This document shows, in pieces, positions 27,440 through 40,700 of a DNA stretch of 64,000 bases (within the stretch, counting starts at the first letter, position 1; each line of letters begins with the position of its first letter). The translations under genes and the position numbers were made by a program. The notes below the pieces were generated by a model. The model saw only the letters and a program-made list of their open reading frames with translations. It did not search any database and was not told the origin of the DNA. The DNA lies in contig OZ037765.1 of NCBI GenBank assembly GCA_964035545.1, positions 20,522,995 to 20,586,994 on the forward strand, written 5' to 3'. Source of the DNA: Bugula neritina (Eukaryota > Animalia > Bryozoa).

Positions 27440-30400
27440 TGTTCCTTTAACAGATTGAAAATAATAGTGTTTTTGAAAATGACGGTGCTGATCTCTTTTC
27501 TATAAAAAGTTACAATATAGCAGCTAAACTACACTTGAAATTTAGCACAACATAATCAGTCAAAACATGCTTTCAAAAGCCTTGCTATGTCAATACTTTA
27601 CTATAAAATTATACATGCTGATTGAATGTGAATAATTTTGCCAAAGCAACAACTAGACTAATTTGAGTAATACTTCTTGCTGGTATTACACAATTGTCTA
27701 ATTTGTAACATTTTTAAATGCAATCTCCATCATATAGAAGTTCAAATAGCAGCAACAATGATCAACTACTTCCATATATATGCTAATATGGATGTACTTG
27801 CTCATTCTACAGTTACTGGTTAGTCATGTAGCACGTAAATTGGAAGGTTCCAGAAAACAGTTAATAATTTGGATTGGATTACCAATGATGTGTCAGTGAA
27901 GTACAGTAGGGCACATTACAAATACTGAAATAGTAACTTTATCAAACTGTAGAGTATACAAACCTGTGAGGCTGTTTTTAGAAGATATATCAAAAGTTCT
28001 GAGCAGCAAGTATAACTTTACTGATGAACAGCTCAAGGTTGAATGCAGCAGATGGCGTGTTTATTTGTCAGTCAATTGAAACTGTACAGTGAATGGCTAG
28101 CTTAATTGTGCTATGCCTTTTATACTGGTACAACAACCTTACATAAGCATTGTTTGTATTGTGATGTGCTTATATAAGCCTTCAAGATTAGCCTTATATT
28201 CTAACATACTCAACATCTATAAAATCAGTTTACCAGTTCACCTTTCTCCATAACAATAGCTTAGGTTTTAAAGCAGTGTTACATGACACTCAGCACAGTA
28301 ATGCAATTTATATTATAATGAGGCAGGTTGCTATTTGAACACAGGCTAAGCTAAAGTTCAAAATATCTGCTCAGCAAATTTTTATTACAATCATAAATCT
28401 AGTAGTTGCTAGGATATGGATGATTAACGGAGATGGTTTCAACTTCGTGTCAAAACAGTCTTACTAGTCCACACGTTGTCGGAAAAAAAACAAAAATGGG
28501 GGCATTTGAGACTACACATTTGTTTTTCATCCATTAAAACTTTGTTTGATATGTTGTTACACAAAATTAATTAAAGCTTTTTTCTAAGTGAATGATTGTA
28601 AAGCTAATAAATACAATATAATTAGGTTACGATGCAAATTACCCTTGGCTTAGCAGATTAAAATTGTGAAAGGTTATTTCATTCACTAGAACATAAGCAC
28701 TTAGCTGAATAAACAGATTTGAGATTCATTTTGAGAGATTGGTAAATTTTGAGCAGTTATTCTTCATCTACCATGAGTACCAAAAAGCTGTGTTTGCATA
28801 CACCAGCCTACTCTTGGGGTTTGTAGTTAGAGTATCTGTATTATTTTGACCAATTGCTTGATTTGGGGAATTTTTTTTAATTTGCATTGAAGTGCAATAG
28901 AGTAGAGGCGAGTGGTTAGCAAACTATAAAAAACAACTCCTTCATTCTGTGACTTGAAACATTCCTAACTCACAAAGTTTAAGCACTTTTATAGATGTCA
29001 AGAGCTCCAACAATATTATAGATGACTGCTAGTGTTTAAACTTTAATACTTAGATTATGCCTTGGAACAACGCTGGGCATAGGCACGTTATTTATCACGT
29101 GCTACGTTATAACGCAAGTTTATTAAGCGTTCTGCTCCGTTGAGCAGCTGCGCTAATCGTTCTATAAAATATCGACTTACAGGCCTATACATTCCTTTTA
29201 TGAACAACGCAATGTGCCATAAAGCATTAGTGACTAGAACACCAGTATTGTGATTATTTAAAGGTGAGCTCTTGTTTACTGCTCTGCTAGGATTGAAATA
29301 GTGAGTGAGGTTGTTGCTTAACTACTCGGAGTCCTACTATGTTCTAAATGTAATCAGATAATCATTAGCTGTGCTTGCCATACAAGAGTTAGGCTACTGC
29401 TGCTACAGCATCCAAAAGGTGTAAAGATCGAAAAGGGGTAAACTTTTGAACTCAAATTGCAAAGCAGTGTTGGCAGTAAATAGCATTTCTAACAATGTCA
29501 ATTTACAAATGTGTAGACGTTATAAGTATTAGCAAAGCAAGTAACACTGTTTTTATAAATTTGACTATTCACAGGGAATTTCAATTCGCAATTTTCAGTA
29601 AATGAAAAGTCCAATAGAAAATTATCCATATGTTAAAGTATAAAATACAAACTGAACTGCAAAAAATGGTTAACTTGTTAACTTTCTTATCTATTTATGT
29701 TGAGACTTGATCGCCATACATGTGATGAATTTATAACACCACTAAGTTTATTAACTATGCAAAATTAACTCACTCACTCACTCACTCAAATTTTAAACAA
29801 AGAGACAAGGTAGGTTTGAGCATCAGAAGGAATAAAAGACAATAGGTCTACAGATTATTTCAATAGATAGAAGCTAAAAACTAACCAAAGCTACTCAACA
29901 TTTAAAATACATCTTTATTAACCAGAATAATTATAGTGCTTTTATACTGCTCAGCATACAAATTGGCAGCAACAGTAACATAAAGCATTTACATTACTGT
30001 GATAACTGATAAACAACATTGCATTAGTGTGAGTGTGTGTAGACAACTCCATACAATTAACACAGGTGTTGGTTGTTCTCTGTTAGGTTCACCTTTGGTT
30101 TGTGTGGTTATCTTGCCAAGCTACTCTTCCGTAGTGCATTTATATTTTTATAGTTAATTTACTTAGAACATCATTAGCTGCCATGCAGCCTCCAATTTAA
30201 TCGCGAAATTGGAGGTTTTCCTGCATGCCAAAATTCCAATCTAATACTTTTATTTGATCAAAGTACCAAGCTGGACAATAAAAGTTAGCCATCAGCTTTT
30301 TTTTGAGAAAGTTGTACAAAACAAATTTAGAGGAAAATTACATATAATCAAAGCGTTTTGCAGAAAATTAATTATAATCATTGTAAAAATATAATCATTA

Positions 30401-30471
30401 AATCTACTAAAATCAAAGTCAAAAAGGCTAACAGGTAATACTAAACTGGGTGAGGAGCTGTTTCAATGCAA

Positions 30472-30655
30472 CAGAGTTGTCTTCACTATAGCTACAAGCC
30501 ACTGCCTAGAGTTGTCTTCACTATAGCTACAAGCCACTGCCTAGAGTTGTCTTCACTATAGCTACAAGCCACTGCCTAGAGTTGTCTTCACTATAGCTAC
30601 AAGCCACTGCCTAGAGTTGTCTTCACTATAGCTACAAGCCACTGCCTAGAGTTGT
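30472..30655. repeat. Minisatellite, 35-bp unit x5
   Basis: AGAGTTGTCTTCACTATAGCTACAAGCCACTGCCT perfect repeats; a single diverged unit lies at ~20720-20756. Confidence 0.92.
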
Positions 30656-31347
30656 TTCACCAATGTTTCACAGATACTTTTTCAGTACAGTTGTTGAAAC
30701 AGTTTAAAAAAACTTTTGTCAGTGCATGGACTTTCATATACATAGTAATATCTTCACCCAAGTGTGAAGAGTTGCAGGCTAAGATGTTATAATTTTATAA
30801 AACCATGGAAACTACTAAAGTAGTAACATTACAAATGTATATGTCAAGTATTCCGACATATTGTTACTTTAAATTTTAAATAGATTTTGGTAATGAAATG
30901 TTGGTATCAACATTTTCACAGCAAACGTTTTCAACATCATTTAATAAATTTCTAAACTTACACAATATAAGTTAGAAAGGTGCTACTGCAACTTTATAGT
31001 ACTAATGTGTATAGAAGAACGTAAAGTGAGCTGATATAAAATAATGTAGTAGTGGTATGTGTAAGACATAAACAACATGCAAGATGTTTTAAAAGTTTAT
31101 TTATTGAGCTTGAAACAAACGTCTTATAAATTGAAAAATTAATTTCCATATGAATTTTAAAACTGGTGATATATTGGAAAGTTGCCTTAGAAATATTTCT
31201 TAAATACTCAGAAAATTAACTACAAATAGAAATTTGAAAAAATAAATAAAAGGGACAAAAATCTCATCATTGAGAAAAAAATAAAAAATAAAACTTTTAT
31301 TTTTAAGATCACCAATTGAAATATTTATACTAGGGCACGTTGACTAA

Positions 31348-31391
31348 GGGTGCTTTCAGATTCCCTACGTGTAGGGAATCTGAAAGCACCC
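31348..31391. mobile_element. 44-bp PIF/Harbinger (Tourist-like) mini-element / perfect hairpin
   Basis: GGGTGCTTTCAGATTCCCTAC-GT-GTAGGGAATCTGAAAGCACCC: perfect 21-bp inverted repeat flanked by TAA on both sides; absent at the equivalent position of copies 1 and 2. Confidence 0.7.
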
Positions 31392-31499
31392 TAACTAAAT
31401 TTTTTTTCCAAATCAGTATAACTACATAACTTATAACCAGCTGAATTCACTAAAAAAAACATTTAAAAAGGTTTCAAATATTATTATTGTTGAGCTAGA

Positions 31500-32843
31500 T
31501 TAGACAGCAGTGAAGTAAGTAATTGGTTGTTTCCGCCCACGAACAAACATGACAAGAACTTTAATAAGTCCAAGAACAACTGTAATGCTTAGTAGCACTA
31601 TTATATATATGAGATATGGGGCTGGATTTGAGGGGTCGAATTGTTTCGAGAGTATACCAGAAAGTGCTACTATGAGAACAACATATGGCATGAAGAGGTA
31701 CCGCATATATCTGTCAAAAAAGAAAGTTTCCATCACAAACCAGATGACCAGTTCCCCTGTCAGTATCCCAAGAGCTACCCATGCACAGGTTACAGGGTTC
31801 ACTCCAGCTACATACTGTAAGGAGATGGCTAGGTTAAGAAGACTAGCAATTGTGGCCCATGTACCATAAATGCCAATACCGTTGAGAGTAAGTATTCTTG
31901 TCATCCAGATATCTTTGCCAAGGTCAGATGATTCCAAGTTGGCAGCAGCACGGTCCAAATATTTGCATATAATTATCCCACAGATGTACAGAGAAATAGC
32001 AATGACAAAGAGAACAACAGTGCTGGCCACTAACAACTCTCGATCAAACACAAAGATCCATGCCATATTAGCACAATTGTTGATTATGTAGAAGATGTAG
32101 AAAGAAAAATGAATGTGACTTGGATTGGCATTGTACAGATATTCACCCTGTTTGTTTTTACGACAGATTAAGGTGAAGCTGTAGATAATGTGAATGAACT
32201 GCCAGATATATATTACTGCCCATATTGTGAATGTCCATCCCGCTGCTGATATAAGAATATCGTACTTTTCAGAAATGTCTCCAGTGCTATTTTTAATTAT
32301 TCCTGGAAAGTATAACAGTGAACTTGAAATTCAGCAAACTAGTAATTTAATGCTGTACATTTCAAATAAACCAGGAGTTATCATCCCCAAATGAAGTGGT
32401 TAGGTTATTGTAGTTAGCATGTATGACAGAATGGTGAAAGTTGTTAGCTACATAAATCAGTCAGTATGGGGGGGGGGGGGGTGCAGTGCCATTGTGTTTT
32501 CTACACAGACAGCTGCAGCCCTCTACTAAACTCAATATACACAATAAAAGTTACTCAAATCGTTGCAAGGGCAAGCAATAATTGCTATAGCTTATAATAA
32601 AACTAATAGTTGAAATGTCAACTGAAGTTATATTTCTAGCAATAATCACCAGAAGTATAAAGTAAATTAGATTCGAATAATTTGTTACTAATTGTATAAA
32701 TGATACCACTTACCTGACCTGATTCCAATATTAGAAGTAGCAATGAAGTTGATGCCAAGTACACCTGCATAAGCCACTCCATGTGCTATAATCAATGCTA
32801 GTTTCCAAAACGAATGCTTTCCTTCATTTTCACCTTCCTTCAT
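31500..32843 (-). CDS. Uncharacterised multi-pass membrane protein, tandem copy 3, ~310 aa
   Basis: Exons 32843-32714 and 32302-31500 (933 nt, in frame). MKEGENEGKHSFWKL...ISEKYDILISAAGWTFTIWAVIYIWQ. Confidence 0.85.
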
Positions 32844-34791
32844 TGTTCCTATAATATTTATATTAACATTCGCACTAATATTATTCTAAAAGTATTTAGT
32901 ATTAAGGCTTTATTTCAGAAATACTTTACAGTATAACAACAACATGACAACTGGATTTTAACATAATATAAATAATTATATTTATTATGATTAGCCAAAA
33001 CTTGCTTTCAAATATAAATGCAATGTTGATAAAGCATATGTAGAAGATTATAAAATTATACACGCTGACTAGATAGTTTTGCCAAAGCAACAACTAGGCT
33101 AAGCCTAGTGCTTCTTGTTGTATGACAGTTCAATTATAATTTTTTAAATGCATTTCATAGATAGAAATATTCAAGTAGCAGAAAAATGATAAATCTCTTT
33201 AATCTATATTTTAATTTGGATAGATTTGCTTATTCTATAGCCACTGGTTAGTCATGTAAAAAGTAAGGTCAAAGAAAATAAAAATTTTTGGTTTCAGCTT
33301 GACAAATCAAGTACCCTATTAGTGAAGCACAGTAGAATATAGTCATCAGCTAACACTTGCATGCTAATATAATATAGTAATTTTAATAAACTTTATAATG
33401 TACAAACCTGTGAGGCTGTCTTTAGAAGATATATCAAAAGTTCTGAGCAGCAAGTATAACTTTACTGATGAACAGCTCAAGGTTGAATGCAGCAGATGGC
33501 GTGTGTTTGTCTGTTAGGCTTTTGTCAGCCAATTGTAACTGTACAGTGAATGGCCAAGCATTTTATACTGGTACAACAACCTTACATAAGAATTGTTTGC
33601 ATTGTGATGTGCTTATATAAGTCTCCAATATTAGCTTAAAATCCTTTTACCAGTTAATCTCTCTATAATGATAGCATAGGTTTTAAAGCAGTGTTGGACG
33701 ACACTTAGCACCATGATGTAACTTATATTGTAACAAGGCATGTTTTTGGTATTTGAGCACAGGCTAAGCCAAAGTTCCGAATGTCTGGTTAGTAAATTAT
33801 TTATGCACTTACAAATCTAGTAGTTGCTATGACGCTGATGATTAACTGCATGGAGCTTATTTCACCTTTGAGTCACAAGAATTGTCTACATAGTTTAGTC
33901 AGAGTAAAACAAAATTTAGGGCTCATAACTTTGGTTTATTTCCTAAAAATTACTTCATTTGTTGCGATACCAAAGTCTCACTAGTACCACCAGGTTACAT
34001 TGAAAGATGCACTCGTTTCAACAAGCTATTCGTCTTTTAAAAACTGTGAAACTTATTATTATAATATAATATAAGCACTTGTGAGGATTTAGTCAGTCAG
34101 GCAAGCAACGTTGTTTTTAAATCTTATTTAAAGTATTTTTCATTTTTTTCAACCAATAACAATTTTGGGTAAATAAAAAGCCTAATGAGAGAAATTATGC
34201 AACATAAACAAAACTGCAACGAATGTGTAAACATCTAAGCATGTATAGTACTTTTCTTAATAATTTATTTTCATACTCCATCACCATGCAAGTAACATAC
34301 TAAATATAACATTACAATAATAACGTTTTCACTTATTGATCCACCAAGTTTATTAGTTATGTAACATTAAATCACTCACTCAACGTAGATCAAAGAGATA
34401 AGGAAAGGTTGAGCATCAGAAGGAATGAAAGACCAGATAGATGATTTTACTAAAAGATAAAAGCTAAAAACTCTCCAATACTATTTTAAAATATAGACAT
34501 GCATTAAAATAAATCTCTATCAACTGGAATAATTATAGCAGCATACAAATTAGTAGCGTTAGTAAAACTACAATGTTACAGAATAGCATAATTCTCAGCA
34601 CCCAAAACTCAATCAAATAAAACAAAACTATACATTCTAGTTTACCCTGAAAAGTGAGTATTTGTAAATAAAGTGATGCATTTTAAATTTTTAGAATTCC
34701 ACACAAGCTGAAAGAAACCAAAATTGTTATCAAATGTGAATGTAACAACTCTTTATAGAACTCCATTACTCATGTTTGTATGAGTACAAAT

Positions 34792-37700
34792 CTATTCAGG
34801 TTGATGGCTGTGCTTAGCCCCGTTGAGGGCTACTTTCTTTGAGGTGTCTGGTTTACGGGCTGGTCTGGGCAGCACCACAAACAACAGCAGTGCTATTATA
34901 TGAGGGTAGAAATACAGCCCACTGCAAAACATACAGACACAACCATTGAACTATAAGTTTCAGTTCAGTGGATACGACCCTTGCAACTTTAATGCAGACG
35001 TTTCAGTATGTATTTTCTTAAACTACCATAATGTTGATATAATGTTGCACTAATACTTGATTATGCAATGAAATAATACATACTAGCCAACTGTTTCACC
35101 CTGAACATTAGTACAAACTAATGACCAAATAATTTGTGGCCCGAGAAATTCAAAAGTTATAAACTGAAGTTGAGTGTTATTTACATCTCTGAACATAACT
35201 AGCACTTTGATTTTAATGTACAATAGTTTTACTACTCTTTTAAATATAGATATAAAATATTGAAATGCAAATTATTCAAACATGTTCAGGAATAACAGTC
35301 CCTAGAAATTGTGAGAGACTTATATATATATACTTACTAAACATGTATATACTTACTATAAATGTATATACTTACTAAACATGCATATACTTACTATAAA
35401 TGTATATACTTACTATAAATGTACATACCTATTAGAAATGTATATACTTACGATTGTACCAGCCATATCTTGTCAGTGAAAAGGAGCTGGAAACCTGTCC
35501 CATTGAAGCAAATAGTTACAGCAGCACCGACCCATGTGACCAGAGCATAGAGAGTTCTCAGGGCATCTGAGCTCTGGAACTTTGGACGCACAACTTTGTG
35601 CAGCTGGAATAGAAAACAACATAACCAGATTCCCTCTTATTATTCTTTTTTATATTCTATTGTTTGGTAAAAACAGCAGAGCCCTGATGGCTTACGAAGT
35701 TATTGCACTTGAGGCACACAGGATTATTTTAATTAAAAAATTGCAAAAGTATATTTCTATTTCTAAATTTTATAATTATAGTCTACAAATATTTTCAACA
35801 ACTTGGTATTTTATGACGACACCACCCAATTTAAAAAGTTAGCCATCTCAAAATTTAAAATTTGTAGTTGCGAGGGTTTATAACAGCATTTCATGACCTG
35901 GACGGTGCAGATGCACAAAAGCCATTGTTATACTTGAGTAAATAAAAACAGCAATGCATAAAGTAACCCTTGCATAAATTACATGCAATGTTAGTTTAGC
36001 AGTTCTAAAGGTAATTTAAAACCTATAGGACTGATTGTTCATAATACTGCCTCAAATATTTGCATTTTCTACAATGTTGACGACACGTTTAAGCTAAACA
36101 GTCATGCAGCCCCGTTTTCATACTAACTACGGTAGTTTTAAGCTTGTGCAAATATTAGTAACAGCTTCGTTTCAAAGTAAATAGTAGTATCTGGATTAGC
36201 CAAGTACAGGCATCCACACACAATATAAAATGTTCATCTTTGCAGTAGATATACTGCAGTTATTATCTTCGCTGATAACAGCTTATGCAACAAAATTTCT
36301 TCGCTCTTGACCTGCCTTTGTAAGGTTATATAAGGTAAATTGCATAAAAAGTTAGGACAGTAAGAAATACTAGCTACATGAATATCTTCATTCTGTTAAG
36401 TATGAGAGAAAGAAGATGGTTGACTAGGCAAGCCATGAGGTATAATTACAAACAAACAGAAAATGAGTAATTACACAAGTAACTACAGTGCTAGGGTCTC
36501 GTAGTGAAGCAGAAATCCTTATTATTATATAGTATCTTCCTCTACGTGTATGGGACTCAAACCATTATTTATTTACAGTATATTAATAAGGAGGAATTAC
36601 CAAGAATCCTATGTAAAAAATTTCAAGTTTAAGCTTTTAAATTTTAAGCATGCTCCATAATTAAGCTGTGTGTTGCAGTTGCTAAAAATAGCATGTAATG
36701 TAAGTCAACAGATACTTAGTAATTGTTTTATAAAGGGTAATCCAGAGCCAAACGGGAACATACTCAGTATGAGCAGAATATTTATCACAAAAAATTCTTT
36801 AAGCATACAACTCTCAAACAGTTTGTAGAATGTAGATGATAGTCAAGATATACATAAATATTCTAATACTGCATAAAGGGGGTGTGTCGACAAGTATACA
36901 GCATACGCACCTTTTGACCAACTGCAGTGTAGAATGCCAGAGGGACAAACATAATCATATAGCCAGGGAGAAAGCCATGCCATAGAGCACTGACCACAAA
37001 TGTCACAAGGGCTTTGTGTGAGGGTAGTCTTTCAAAACATGTATATCTCAACCACTTGGCAGTAAACATGTTCCAGTTGTCAATAAACTGCTTCAGGCTT
37101 GTAGTCAACTACAAAAACGGTAATTGTTTAAACTATAGCATTGATAGATTAGAATTAGTATAATCTATTAATGCTATATTCATCATCAAAGTTATAGTTT
37201 TTATAAAATCAGTTATGATTCTAACTGTCTTTTCGATCTTGAAAATCACATTCAACGACTTTCCATGGCTCGATCTCAGATCAACCTTGCTGAGATCGAT
37301 CAATGAAAATCACATTATTATAACTTAATAATGTGAATGATCACATGCCAGTAACATTTAAATTGGAGTTATTCTCTTTTTTTCATGAGTGGAATTTTTT
37401 TAAATATCCCACCTCTATCTTGAGAGGATTCACGGTTGCTGTAATGTTGCTGTCTTCTTCTTCATCGTAACCAGCATATATTGCTGCAGCTTGAGCTATA
37501 TAAATATAGTAAACACATTCTTTCATGAAGTACTATAATGAAACTATGAGCAGGAATTCAAAAAATGCCCACATAATTTGCAGCTAGAATAGTATGCTTG
37601 TCTTTCAGGCTTGCAAGACAACTTTGCATATATTGTGAGATTCTAGTAGTTTTATCTACAGTAAAGTTTGATATTTATCACTGGTACAGCCATTAAGTGA

Positions 37701-40700
37701 AATGTCTCGGTGAACTGGTTTTTCATGTAGCAGATAAGCTTTAAAATAACATTTTCTGTGAGATAGATTGTATTAGTTGTAGTGAAGTTCTTATTCATAA
37801 TTTGATAGTTTCAAATTAAGCTTTCCATGGTTGCAATTTGTTTTTAACATGTTTTTCTGTAACATTTTAGTCTGTTGCAAGTTGAGGAATCGGTCATATG
37901 AAGATAAATTTCAATACATCAATATAAACTACGATAATTTAAAGACTCAGCATACTAAAAGTAGCTGATGTTTTCAAGTTTTAATCTAGACCTTGCATGC
38001 ATTGGAAGTTTACATTTGTTTTAATTTTCACTGGTCAAAGACAATTACCATAATTGTGAAGCATAATTAGCCAAGTGAAAGACTAATTAGGTAAATACAA
38101 ACCTAAACTTATAGAGCTGCAGTTCAAGGCACCCAATTATAAAGAGTTCAAGAGTGAGATAAATGTGTGAACCCTCATAGGGTATCAAGATTAGGAATGT
38201 ATCATGATACAACTTGATAATCAAGTAATTAACTGCTAAGTGTAATTAGTAAATAGGTCACGAGAGTTGATGGTTTCAAAACTTGCTGCACTAAATACCT
38301 TTCAAGTGATAGACCCAATCATTTATTTCATTATACAAAAATAATGCCATATAAGATCTCTTTTTATAGAACTAGAGTCAATACACTATAGAAAGCAATG
38401 ACATTAACTCAACATATTTAACTTTCAACTAAACATGATGCTGACATTAAAAAATTGATTTATATACAATTATTGTATAATTTTAACAATGATAGACATT
38501 AAATTTGTAGTCGGGATTATTTTCACTTTACCGTTGATCTCTCCATATGGATTGTGTGAGTAAATGGTGACAATACCAAACATTGATGGCAACAAAAGAT
38601 ATTTGAAAGAACATAACCAGACACTGCAGGTAGTTTTCACAAGATAATAAACAAGGTTTGGCAAAGCTAGACTGTAACTTGTTTCAAATTCTTAGCAATT
38701 TCCTATTCTATTGAGTTTACACAAGCTGTGATGATTGTAGATACAAATGCTTAATTTAAACAGAAGAGAATAAATACTAGCTAATACCTGTGAGCCAAGC
38801 AAAGTAATATCTACACTTGGCTATAAACATGGTTATGTAGAGTATCCAATGTTTATATAGAATACCACTGGCCAATACTTCAGGATCTAGAAGAAAACAA
38901 TTATAATTATAATATTGATGCGACTAATACTAAGATATTGCACACATTGATTATAGCAACTCGCTAAAATGATCTATTAGGTTTATTAAACTTCATTTGC
39001 AAAAATGAATACACCCCAAAATGTAAATTAAAATACTGCCCTGAAAACTATCAAATTTGCATTTACAATGAGTGGTATATTAAAAAAAGTCTACAATGAC
39101 AATAAAAATTTGATTTCACACTACAACTTTCAAGTCATAAAAAAGATAATGCACTAGGGTTTAGAAATTATACAAAGCAAAATAATAGCAAATAACTTAT
39201 AAATGTAGAAAGATAGTAAATAGAAAGATGTAGGTACTACAAGTACATCTAAAACTGAACACCAATACCACAAACTATTTCTAATGGGTCAACAACAAAC
39301 AAGAGAATTAAAAAGCCACACAACAGAAAAGTCTTGTACTAAAATCTACACACACTAAAATATAGAGCTGGAGTGACATAAAAACTGGACATAAACTTAT
39401 TAAAAAACATTCAGTGACTCTACTACTAACAGTACTCATATCAACATCACCTGCCCACTTTGTAAGCTTCAAATGATAACAGAGACCAGATTTAGACAGC
39501 ATTCAGGACTAGATTATACAGGATTTACAAACTGGAAGTTAAAGAAGTTAGAAATTAGTGCTTAAAGCAGTTACCTAACATTTATAAAACTACGAAATTT
39601 CACCTCTCCTCAACTGATTAGACTATCAGAAAACAAGGAAGATCTATGAAAGAACCATGAATTTTAAAATTAGAAATCTCCACAAGTAAAACGCAAATGC
39701 TTACCAAAGTTCTTTTCAACTGGATAGTGCGGTAAAGCTACTATTACAATAATAAGAGCCAATACTCCCTGCAAGAGTGTGAGAGTTGCCTGTCAAAAAA
39801 GCAGAAAACTGAGATGTAATTATGGGTGATTGGTTATGACCCCCCTAAAAATAATTTAAGGAACTCAGTTTAATACTTATAGTTAAACCTAAATGGTTGT
39901 TAAGTAAACAGCGTGATATAAATTTACAGTGAAGAAAATTTATGGCGTAAATACTTTAACTTTAGACAGCAACAGTTGAAATAATGTCCCCATGAAGCAC
40001 TCTAGTTCTAAGAGTTCTGCTAACATGATTATTATGCAATCTAAAAACTAAGATTTTTTCCATTATCATTATTTAGTTCACTAGTTATTGATAACAACAA
40101 ATAAGTGAACAGAGAAAAACGACAATGCCGAATTTTCTTTACATATTTGCCATTACAAATATTGTTCGCAAGATAAAATTTTCTCAGTAATAAAGGCAAA
40201 ATTGACACAAAGCTATTGTTTTGAATTAAAACCTATTAGTTATTGTGCAATACTTCAATATCGTCATATCTTCTTTATTGCTATTAATCCAATCCAACCA
40301 ATTTTGAATTTTTACTTTCTGGGAAGAAAGACTAAAAGTTATTTACATAGCTTAACAAGCCTTCACAACCATAAAAGTTTCTATAAGCAAACCATTACAG
40401 AAAGATTAAAGATTGAAAAGCAGGGCAGATCTTATACCACAAGATATGCGAGCTTATCTAAAAATCTCTTTGACAAGAAGAATCAAACATTTTTATATTG
40501 CTCTGCAGAAAGGTTATACCTCAAAGGTGTGCCTAATTTTATCAAATGAACTAAGCATGATGATTATTTCAAGACGAGGTCACAAAATTAGACAGGCTAT
40601 AGTTGGGTTGTGCACTATTAATTTACTGGGAAAAACCACTCAAGTTACCTTGTAATTGTTTGCATTAAATTCAGTTGACTTCTTATTCATATATTTCTCG

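Noticed and set aside
30189-30215. 10-bp-arm hairpin (similar one at 37270-37299)
   Set aside because: Short; no Helitron CTRR end or TSD; could arise by chance.
30472-30655. CRISPR-like 35-bp repeats
   Set aside because: Head-to-tail with no spacers, eukaryotic context and no cas genes.
22177-32091. Plus-strand ORFs conserved three times (MTRTLTSPR..., MPIPLRV...)
   Set aside because: Antisense shadows of the triplicated minus-strand genes; their conservation is explained by the duplication.
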